DNA of 25,930 nt from a virus (Duplodnaviria > Caudoviricetes), in the IMG/VR virus record IMGVR_UViG_3300031857_001208, positions 1 through 25,930 of that record. One strand, written 5' to 3'. This document shows positions 8,982-18,900 of this stretch, in pieces (the first letter of the stretch is position 1; every line of letters begins with the position of its first letter). The notes beneath the pieces are model-generated. The model saw only the letters and a list, made by a program, of their open reading frames with translations. It had not been told where the DNA came from and searched no databases. Made by a program: the position numbers and the translations under genes.

Positions 8982-8996
8982 TAAACTCGTTTAAAC
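8959..8996 (+). promoter_or_regulatory. Candidate sigma70-type promoter with a GTTTAAAC palindrome at the start site
   Basis: TTGTGT (8959-8964), a 17-nt spacer, TAAACT (8982-8987) preceded by an extended-10 TG, then GTTTAAAC (8989-8996). Sits in the largest intergenic gap of the + strand block. Confidence 0.35.
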
Positions 8997-9015
8997 CACT
9001 ATTTGCGAGGCAAAA

Positions 9016-10440
9016 ATGAGCCTACATGATGCTGCCAAACACCTAGCCGCGCACGGACGAGGCGACGATAAAGTCCTTATCCACATGACCAAGGGTGAGG
9101 TCAACAGTTTAAACGACTTGGCAATGGCTCATGGCGGGCAATTAACTATTAATCCACACACAGGATTGCCTGAAGCAGGCTTCTTGTCAGGCTTGTTGCC
9201 CATGATGCTTGGTGCAGGACTTGCCGCCGCGACAGGTGGATCATCCCTATTGATTGGCGCTGGTATTGGCGGACTACAAGCAGCACGCACTGGAAGTATT
9301 AGCAAAGGTTTAATGGCTGGTCTTGGCGCATTTGGTGGTGCAGGGCTGGCTAGTGGCTTGGCTGCGGCTGGTAATGCAGCGGCTAGTCAAGCAGCATCTG
9401 CGGCAAACCCTGCTTTTATGGGTCCAATGCCCGGGGCCGCTTCTGGATTAAGCGCTGTACAAGCCGGAGCTACGGGGCTTGGGACTGAAGCAGGACGTAG
9501 TGCCGCTTTAAGCGCAATGGGTGGCGGAGCAGGCGCAGCAAAACTAGGCGTGATGGCTGCCTCACCAGCATTGGTTGGAGAAACAAAAACACCAACAATG
9601 GCTACCCCAGACAAAGATATGGGACAGCGCTATAGCTTTACTGGAAACCAACCTCAAGCCACACCCGCGCCAGATGTACCAACATACGACGATATGTTGA
9701 CAAAACAAGGCAACTTTGGAGGCCAGCAAAACTATTTTGCCACTCCAACATATACCCCAATTAACCCAACTCAGGCTAAAGACTTGTACCATTTTGCTGA
9801 TGGTGGTCCGGTTGAGCAGATGTCTAACCAAGCGGCAATGGGTGCAAACACCATGTACCCAATGGCTAACATGGCAACGTCGTCGTTTGCCACGCCTTAT
9901 CAGGCTCCTGTGTCCACTAATATGCTTGCGCCTACCAGCGATACCCCGGTGGGCATGAACGGTGAGCCTAATATGCAGGGAACCCGTATGGCTGAAGGCG
10001 GTTCTGCTGATGAGAGTTTTCTGTCTGGAATTGCACGTTCATTTGGTGTGCGACCAAAGAAAGAAGATGAAAACCCCGCACTTAAATACGCCTACAACCA
10101 AGAACAACAGCAATACCAACAAATGGCTACGGGAGGTGTCTCCGATGCTCATTACAACCTTGGTGGCTATTCTGACGGTGGTCGCCTCCTTCGCGGTCCC
10201 GGTGATGGCGTATCTGATTCAATCCCTGCGACCATAGGTCACAAACAACCCGCACGTCTTGCAGACGGAGAGTTCGTCGTTCCCGCCCGTATCGTTTCTG
10301 AGTTGGGTAACGGCTCAACAGAAGCAGGCGCACGTAAGCTCTACGCCATGATGGATAGGGTGCAGGCCGCACGCAAGAAAACAGTTGGCAAAAACAAGGT
10401 AGCGCATAACAGCAGGGCAGATAAGTATTTACCCGCATGA
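9016..10440 (+). CDS. Putative internal virion / ejection protein
   Basis: 474 aa with a GAGG RBS, an A/G-rich hydrophobic stretch, INPxTGLPE, repeated [FMY][AS]xGG motifs and a C-terminal GPGDGVSDSIPA...LADGEFVVPA domain. Confidence 0.65.
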   Translation: MSLHDAAKHLAAHGRGDDKVLIHMTKGEVNSLNDLAMAHGGQLTINPHTGLPEAGFLSGLLPMMLGAGLAAATGGSSLLIGAGIGGLQAARTGSISKGLMAGLGAFGGAGLASGLAAAGNAAASQAASAANPAFMGPMPGAASGLSAVQAGATGLGTEAGRSAALSAMGGGAGAAKLGVMAASPALVGETKTPTMATPDKDMGQRYSFTGNQPQATPAPDVPTYDDMLTKQGNFGGQQNYFATPTYTPINPTQAKDLYHFADGGPVEQMSNQAAMGANTMYPMANMATSSFATPYQAPVSTNMLAPTSDTPVGMNGEPNMQGTRMAEGGSADESFLSGIARSFGVRPKKEDENPALKYAYNQEQQQYQQMATGGVSDAHYNLGGYSDGGRLLRGPGDGVSDSIPATIGHKQPARLADGEFVVPARIVSELGNGSTEAGARKLYAMMDRVQAARKKTVGKNKVAHNSRADKYLPA

Positions 10441-10898
10441 GCTACAGCATAACCATTGAGAAGTTCACTGACACGTACTTGGAACTTGAACCCTTGTACC
10501 GTCAACACTACTCTGAAATGGTTGAGCGTCTTGCAGGTCAAGGTATTGTGTATTCGCCGTACAACCCTAGACTCCATGAGTATGGAGAGGCGTGTAAACG
10601 AGGTGATTTGATCACCTATGTTTTACGTTTAAACGATAGTGCGTGCGGTTATACAAATGTGTATTTGACTAACGACATGCACAACGGTGATTTGATTTCA
10701 CAAGAGGACACGCTCTTTGTGCTTAAGGATCACCGTAATGGCGTTGGTAAAAAACTTGTTCAGTTTGTACTTGAGGACTTGAGGTCCAGAGGTGTCAAAC
10801 GATTGATGGTGTCGGCAATGACCGACTTGCGCGTTGCAAAACTCTGGGGCCGGATGGGCTTTAAAGAGGCTGCAACGCAAATGATCTACGAATTCTAA
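10437..10898 (+). CDS. GNAT-family acetyltransferase
   Basis: LFVLKDHRNGVGKKLV (acetyl-CoA binding motif A) and LWGRMGF (motif B). ATGA-coupled. Confidence 0.85.
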   Translation: MSYSITIEKFTDTYLELEPLYRQHYSEMVERLAGQGIVYSPYNPRLHEYGEACKRGDLITYVLRLNDSACGYTNVYLTNDMHNGDLISQEDTLFVLKDHRNGVGKKLVQFVLEDLRSRGVKRLMVSAMTDLRVAKLWGRMGFKEAATQMIYEF

Positions 10899-10908
10899 GG
10901 AAGACACT

Positions 10909-12987
10909 ATGTGCCAATCCCAAGCCCCTACGCAACAGCAGATAGCCAGTACAGAATTACCTGAATGGGCTAAACCGTATGCCAAAGATGTTTTGGCTAA
11001 GGGTCAGGCGTTAACTGACGTTAACCAGAATCCTTACCAGCAGTACAACGCACCACGCATTGCAGGGTTTTCCCCAATGCAGCAACAGGCTATGCAGAAC
11101 GCACAAGGCATGTCTGTCGCACCTCAGGTCGGTGCGGGCACTGCAGGAGCAATAGGTGCGGGACTAGGCGGACTAGATGTTGCCGGTCAAGCCACTACCG
11201 GAGGATTCCAGAATCAAGTCGGTGGGTACATGAACCCGTATCTACAGATGGCACTGGCTCCGCAGTTAGCAGAGGCTAACCGTCAGTACGACATTGGTGC
11301 AACTAAACAGCAAAGTGCCGCCACTCAGGCTGGTGCGTTCGGTGGTTCACGTGAAGCAATCATGGCTGCGGAGAACGAACGCAACCGCAACATGGGGTTA
11401 CAGAATATTCTTGGTCAGGGCTATAACCAAGCGTTTGGTCAGGCTCAACAACAATACAACCAAAACCTACAGAATCAACTTCAAGGTTATGGCATGTTGG
11501 GTAATGCCGCCAATTCCCTTGGTCAGTTAGGTCAGACCCAGTACGGTCAGGAGATGGGCATAAACCAATTGCAGGCTCAGTACGGTGGTCAGCAACAGGC
11601 CCTACAACAACAGGGTCTGACACAGGCTTATCAAGATTTCCAGAATCAACAGAACTACCCATACAAACAGTTGGGATTCATGTCAGACATGATCCGTGGC
11701 TTACCGCTGGGTCAACAATCTACATCTCAGATGTACCAAGCCCCCGGAAGTGTGGCTGGTCAGATCGCCGGCTTAGGCATGGGCGCTTACGGTATGAGCA
11801 GAGCATTTGCCGCTGAGGGTGGCTTAATGGATTCTTACGCCGGTGGTGGAGAGATTGACAGCGCAGGCAACATTGCAGGCATCCTGTCTAAACTCAGCGA
11901 CCAACAACTCCAGCAAGCAAAGCAAGCCGCGCTAGGACGCCGTGACGTAGAGCAAGCCAACTTGATTGACCAAGAGATGGCTGAGAGAGCCTCTATGCGC
12001 ACTGGTGTAAACGCAGCCCCTGTAAACGCAGATGCTATGGCGTCGGATGAAAACCCAGACAGCATCACAGGCTACGCCACCGGTGGCTCTGCTGTTGAGG
12101 CATTAATGAACAGACCCAAAGAGCCAGAGACACCCGTCGATGAGCAGGCACTAGGTTTACTTGACAAGTTATCTGCTCGCAGCAAACCTGCAATGGACAG
12201 TTTAAACGCACAAGTTGAGAGCATTAAAGGTCGTCCTGAAGAGATTAAAGCGCGTGGGTTGAATGAAGCAATCGCTCAGTATGGTTTTGGTTTTGCACAA
12301 AAATCCGCCAAGCCCGGTGCTAGATTACTTGGTGCCGCCTCTGAGGCATCACCCATCCTTGCTGAGTCCATGATGAACACTAAGAAGTCCATCCAAGCGG
12401 CACAGGACAATTACATCAACCTCAAGATGAATCAGACCAAGTACCAGATTGCTCTAGACAAGGGTGATATGCAAACTGCCGCTACATTGGCTGGTCAGTT
12501 GCGTCAAGAGAAACAAAGCCAGAAGATGCTTGAACTCACAGCCGCGCACTACGCTGATGACTACAAAATCAAGCAGCAGCAAGTTGCCGCAACAAACCGT
12601 GCGCAAGGCGCTCCAATCATGCAGGTTTATAACGAACTTAAGTCTGATCCTGCCAACAAAAACAAGAGCCGAGAAGAACTCATGGGCTTGGCAAGCAGAG
12701 CCGTGAGCGGTGCTCAATATGCAGGAGCAGAACAGCGTGGTCTTGCGTCTTACCTCAAAGAGAAAAGTGAGATTGAAAAAGACTTCAAGACACTGCCGCT
12801 CCTACCGCCTAACAGCCCAATGCGTAAGCAAATGGAGGGCGCACGTCAACAGAGACTTGATGATTTAAACAAGATGTATCCCGGAGTTGCAGGCCAAGAA
12901 GGCGCTCCGTCTGGTAGCATCTCATCTGCAGTGCCACAAGGAGGCTCAATGAGCCAAAAAGGGTTTAAACTACTTGGCACGGAGTAG
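10909..12987 (+). CDS. Putative ejection / DNA-transfer protein (Q/A/G-rich)
   Basis: 692 aa with an AAGGA RBS. TELPEWAKPY, YMNPY and AGAFGGSR motifs, Q-rich helical segments and three xAxGG motifs. Confidence 0.65.
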   Translation: MCQSQAPTQQQIASTELPEWAKPYAKDVLAKGQALTDVNQNPYQQYNAPRIAGFSPMQQQAMQNAQGMSVAPQVGAGTAGAIGAGLGGLDVAGQATTGGFQNQVGGYMNPYLQMALAPQLAEANRQYDIGATKQQSAATQAGAFGGSREAIMAAENERNRNMGLQNILGQGYNQAFGQAQQQYNQNLQNQLQGYGMLGNAANSLGQLGQTQYGQEMGINQLQAQYGGQQQALQQQGLTQAYQDFQNQQNYPYKQLGFMSDMIRGLPLGQQSTSQMYQAPGSVAGQIAGLGMGAYGMSRAFAAEGGLMDSYAGGGEIDSAGNIAGILSKLSDQQLQQAKQAALGRRDVEQANLIDQEMAERASMRTGVNAAPVNADAMASDENPDSITGYATGGSAVEALMNRPKEPETPVDEQALGLLDKLSARSKPAMDSLNAQVESIKGRPEEIKARGLNEAIAQYGFGFAQKSAKPGARLLGAASEASPILAESMMNTKKSIQAAQDNYINLKMNQTKYQIALDKGDMQTAATLAGQLRQEKQSQKMLELTAAHYADDYKIKQQQVAATNRAQGAPIMQVYNELKSDPANKNKSREELMGLASRAVSGAQYAGAEQRGLASYLKEKSEIEKDFKTLPLLPPNSPMRKQMEGARQQRLDDLNKMYPGVAGQEGAPSGSISSAVPQGGSMSQKGFKLLGTE

Positions 12988-12989
12988 TC

Positions 12990-15900
12990 ATGCCAATTTA
13001 CAAAATCCAAGCTCCTGATGGAAACATCTACAGGATTGAAGGTCCCGCTGGCGCTAACCCAGAAGATTTGTTCCGCACCGTTGCCGAACAAAGACCTATG
13101 GCTGCTAAGACAACAGAGGAGTTGCAGGCAGAGAAGTCCGCACCTACCTCTATTAGTGACCTTGCACGCACCGCAGGCTCCAGCTTTGTTGGGGCAGGTA
13201 AATCATTGGTGGACGTATTTGGTGCTGGTTCTGATATATCTAGTTACCTTGGCGATGTAGCCCAGAAACTTGAACAAGGTAAAACCCCAGAACGTTTGGC
13301 TGAGATGGCTCGCCGTGCCGAGTTGTCTAAACGTGCTGAGAAAGAAGGTACGTGGGCGCAAATTAAAAGTGGCTTGGCAGGTGTCGCAGAAGCCCCGCTT
13401 GAAAGTGTCGTTGGTGGCGTTTTTTCTTCCGCTCCAACTATTGCCGCAGGTGCCGCCGCCCTAGCCGCTTTACCTGCATCCGCCCCTGCCGCCATAGCCG
13501 TAGGTGTTCAACGTGCTAGTCGGATTTTGATGTCTGCCGCCCAAGGAACTGGTGAGGTCAAGGGTGACATCCATGAGTCAATTAAAAACGCATACAAAGA
13601 GAAAAACCCCAACATGCCGCCCGAAGAGGTGGAGCGTTTGGCAACTGAAGCACAGGCTTACACACTAAAGAACGCACCCCTATTAATTGGTGGTGCGGCA
13701 TTTGGTGCAATAGATGCAGTTACAGGATTTGAGAAATCAACATCTCAAGCCCTCAAGAACGCACTTAGCCCTAACAAAACAGCGTTTACCAAAGAAGGCC
13801 TTCAGTCCGCTATTGCTAACCTACCCAAGAAGGCTGTGGAAGCACCGACCTATTTGGGACAAGCAGTTAAGACCGGTATTGGTGAATCTATCCCTGAGGG
13901 CTTACAGGGTGGTTACGGTCAGTTAGCCCAGAACGTGGCTATGTCTCAGGCTGGGTTTGAGACACCGACATTCCAAGGTGTGGCGGGTGCGGCGGCTAGA
14001 GATGCGCTAGTAGGTGCGTTGACCGGAACGGCAATGTCTCCTTTGAGTCATTCTGTTGCTAACGCTGAGTTCCAAGCGGACAAGTACTTACGGGGCGTTC
14101 AAGCCCAACAGCAGTTTGACAAAGAACGTGAAGAGTTTGCTAAGACCCAAGAGCAAACCAAAGAAAACCTTGGTGTAAACAAAACACTGATGCTGGGCTA
14201 CGAGCCTCCAGCAGAGGAAGAGAAGTACACCAACCCAGCCGCAACTATTAAGAAGAACGAGTTGATGGCTGACGAGGTTAAGTTTGTAGATACCTACCGC
14301 AAACAAAACGGTCTGCCACCGCTCAAGTCATATTCCATTGAAGACATAAAAGATGCGATGCCTAATGTTGACCCAGCGGGTGAACAAGGTCGTATTGATT
14401 CAATCCTAGCCGCCAAGTACGGCTACAAGCCTGTGGATGACAACACAGGTAAGCCAGTGAACTACACCGCTGATGACGTCATCTCTGCCGCTGAGGACGA
14501 GAAGAACGTTGCTACAGGCACTAAAGGGTTCAACGATTTCCTAACGCGCACTACAGGTTCTAGTGATTTAAACACTATGACCCAGCCGCAGTTGTTTGCT
14601 GCGTACTCTGCGATTAAACAGATGCCTGAGTCCACAGAGAAGGTTATCCTTCCAGAGGGCACTGGTGCGTCTAGATTCACAGATAAGCAGTACAAGAAGG
14701 CTGTCAGTTGGTTTGGTCAGACCTTTGAGAGTGTTGACAACAAGCCTTTGTCGCGGGATACCATCATTGGCGACATTCAAGAGGCGACAGGGCTGGAACA
14801 GAAGCAAGATGCTGAAGCCCTTCTAGATACCGCAGTTAAAAACGGCGACTTGGCTGAGACCGAAGAAAGGGTTTTCAGAACCTATGACGCCAACGACAAA
14901 CTTGTTTCAACGTACCGGGACAAGGAAAAGGCCGCCGCAGCGGCTAAAAAACAAGGTTTAAACGTTAGAGAAGAAACATTAAGACAGATGATGCCGCCAC
15001 CAGCGGCAGAGCCAGCTAAACGCGCTAACCTCCCAGAGGGTTACGCCATGAGCAAGGAGACCATCAAAGAAGGTGAAGTCCCCGTTGGTTTTGACATCTT
15101 CCCAGAAGGTAAGGGTAAGGCTCTCTTTACCGTTCCCACATCAGAGGCGGTACAGGAAAAGATTGACCAACTCATCCCAGCCCGCAAGAAAGAAGCCGCA
15201 CGCTATCTGTCTTACATGGACAGAGACAAGGCTACTTTGCAAAAGGCAAGAGACAGTTTGGTCTCTATGGAAGCACGTGGCGAGGTAGGGTCACAGGCTT
15301 ATGAACTTGCCAAGACTAAGTTAGCCAAGCAAGAGAGAGTGCTGGGCAACCGTATTCTCAAGAGCATGGAGCGTATTACGGATTACGAGCAACCGCTCAT
15401 ATCACGTCCGTCTGAGAAGAAGAAGCAAATCACCCGTGAGAAGATCACGGTAACTAAACAAGGTAAGTTCCTAGGTAGTTTCCCTGATAACGTCAAGGCA
15501 CAGGAGGCTATCCTTGTCCAGATGTCGGATCAGGAACTGGCTGACACAGCGTCTGACGGTCGTCTTGGTGCGATTGCTGACCGTGCCGCCAAAGAGATTG
15601 AGCGCCGTAAGAGTCCCACTGGCATCATGGTCAGACGCACTCCCAAAGCCAAGGAAGAGTTACCACCCCTATCCCCAGAACTCACCGCAGTTGCTGATGA
15701 GATTTCTAAGAAGTTAGTCCCCATTCTTCAGCGCATGGGGTTAGGCGATGTCGGGTTCAAGATTGTTCAGTCTATTAAGAACGGTGGAGAAGGCTCTTAC
15801 ACCAAGAACCTGATTCAGTTGGCTATTGATGCCGAGAAACCGCTGGAGGTTATGCACCATGAGTCCCTCCACGCACTGAAGGACTTAGGGTTCTTTACAC

Positions 15901-18900
15901 CACAACAATGGTCTACCCTAGAGAACCAAGCACAGAAGTCTTGGATCACTAAGTACCTCAAGAACGTACAGGTTGAAGTTGAGATTGATGGCGTGAAGCA
16001 GACTATGTCTCGCTATGACGCCTATGTGGCGTTGAAGTACACACCAGAAGACATTGTGGAAGAAGCAATTGCTGATGCGTTTGCTGACTTTGCTACCTCC
16101 AAGCCGCCGGGCGGAATGATCGCTTCCATAATGAAGCGTTTAAACGACCTATTCAAGGCAATCAAGAATGCGTTTAACCGCAGCGGGTTTGAGTCCGCAG
16201 AGGACATCTTCACCAAAGCACAGCGCGGTGAGTTAAAGCCAAGCAATTGGAAGGCTACCCCAGAGGTTAAGGCTCAGGCCGATGCCTATGACCAACAAAA
16301 CGGCATCCTCCCCTATACCTCAGAAGGTCAGATCAAGATTCCGCTAGAAGGCGAAGGTCAGAAGCTGTCCCTCAAGAAGGCTTACAGCGAAAAAGATGTA
16401 GCCAGAGAACAGCGTAAACAAGAGGCTGGCAAGAAGTTCAAGGTTTTAAAGAATGACCCAATCACTGGATTGCCTTTAAACCAAGACGGCACGGTAACCC
16501 TGTACTACCCCACCACAAATGAGGGCGCACGTGAACTGGCACGCACTAAGAAGTTAGTTGGACATAGCCCAACCGCTAACCGTATCTATCTAACCAATGA
16601 GTCTAGTGCGCCAGAAGTTGCTAAGAATCCAAGCATGATTGAACAGCCATTGGGTGGTGCAAATGTCATGTTGCAAATTGACCCATCTTTCCTTCATCCG
16701 TTGGAAGACCATGATAAAAGCGGTCGTAGGGATTTCTTCATCCCTATTGCTGAAGGTCAGGCATTTGCCAATAAGGCACGTTTAACCAAGCTGTTTACAC
16801 TGGATGCGCCACGCACAAAAGGGCTGCATCCTGACCGCACTCTGGCTCAAGTCCAAGACGCCATCACTGACACGGTTGCTAAGTGGAAGAATGCATCTGC
16901 ACAAGAACGCAGACTGATGGCAAGTCAGGCTAAGGCAACGCTGATTGCCCAACACAACGTTACTAGATTGTTTGGTGCTAACTCTAAACTAGAGAAGACC
17001 AATATCGGTGACTACGGTTTGACTTTCAATGGTAAGAAGGTAATGTCTACAGGGCTGGGCTTTGCCTCGGCTCAAAAGATTAATGACCAACAACTTGCTA
17101 GTACATGTCCTAAGTCAGCCATCTGTGAGGCTCTTTGCCTTGGTGAGACATCAGGACAAAACTTGTTATATGGCGGCGAAGGCGAGTTCCGATCTGGCCC
17201 GCGCCTATCTCAGTACCTCAAGACTGAGGCGTTGATTGTTAACCCAGAAGCGTTTACGGTTGCCATGATCAGACAGATTGAGGCGTTCCGTAATGCAGCT
17301 AAGGCTGCTGGCAAAGAAGACGGCGAAGCGGGCTATCAACCTGCTATCCGTTTAAACGTTACATCTGACTTCAAACCTGCCACGTTTGAAGCCATCATTA
17401 ACATGTTCCCAGATGTGATGTTCTATGACTACACCAAGTTAGAGACAAAGCCGATCGCCCCTAACCACCACCTGACCTACAGTTCTACCGGTGCATCTCA
17501 AGTTGTTGGAAACAAAGTCATTTACAACAAAGAGTCCAACTGGGACAACATGGTTAAGAAGTTCCTGTCAAATGGCAAGAACGTGGCTATGGCGTTCACC
17601 AGCAGAAATGCTATGCCTAAGTTTGTTATGGATGAACGTACCGGAAAAACTTTTGAGGTGTGGAATGGTGATGAGTACGATGCTCGCTTCCTTGACCCAT
17701 CACGTGAAGACGGTGCTGGATTGATCATTGGTCTAACCAACAAAGACAACACCACCAAACCAGAAGACGCTGCTGAGAAGCACAAAGGGTTCTTCTTGGA
17801 CTACGACCCCGCACGTGACGGCGACACCCTAATCATTCGTAACCAAGACAGTCTGAAGCCGGGTGCGCCAGTAGAGTTTAAACGCAAAGAAAAATTAAGC
17901 CTGCGTAGCGCACGGGGCATGTTTGAGGATGGCTTGATTCAAGAAGTTCCAAACTACAAGGGTAGAGAAAAGGTTATTGAATTACCTATCAAAGACTTCC
18001 TAAGACTTGCACAAGAGGGTGAAGTCAAGGGGAAGCAAAGTGATATTGAAGACCTGTTCAAAGCCGGCACAAAGTTAAATTCACTGCCTTTGTTGATGGC
18101 TTACAACAACCAAAAGGGTGACTTAAAGGTTCAGGGGCATGAGGGACGTCACAGGGCTAGAGCTTTACTTGGTCAAGGGTATGACACCATGCCCGTTAGA
18201 TTCCTTACGAGCATTCGCTGGTCTGAACAAAACGACCCAACAAACTTTGATTATGAAAAGAATTGGCCTTCAAAAGTTATCTCTGAGGACAGCGATGACA
18301 TAAGCATTCCCATGCCTGTATCCCGTGAGCAATCAATGGAGCCGTACAGCAGTGAGAAGTTAAGCCTACGCAAAGCACCTGATACACCAGCGTTTAAACG
18401 GTGGTTTGGCAAAAGCAAAATAGTCAACCCGGATGGAACGCCTAAGGTGATGTACCACGGAACGTCTAGGGATATAGGTGCGTTCAAGCCTAAACAGGCT
18501 GGCGCTATTTTCTTAACTGATGATTCCGACTTTGCTGCGCGATTCTCCCAGCGATCAACTGATTTCATGTTGAATGAAATTGCCAAAGGTATAGATTCAA
18601 AACCAGACGAAAAGCGTGCTTTGATTACACGCTTGGTTGATGATGCAGTTGCCAACAAAAAACTGGCAACAAAAGAAAATTCCAACGGGCTGTTTGATAC
18701 AACTAGAGAAGAGCATATTGAAGAGTTTATGAATCGTCCGCTATCCCAATCAATGGGTACGGTCGGTATTGGTAATGCATTGACGCAAGAACTCTCTGAT
18801 CGCATGCCTTCAGGTCAAAACATAATGCCTGTTTACGTAAAGGCTGAAAATACTTTTGATTACGAAAATCCTAGGCACATCAAAAAAATCATTGATCATT

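Noticed and set aside
16323-16362. GAAGGTCAGA repeated 30 bp apart just before the first linker, read as an insertion scar
   Set aside because: Only 10 bp and explainable by a repeated EGQ tripeptide, so too weak to support.
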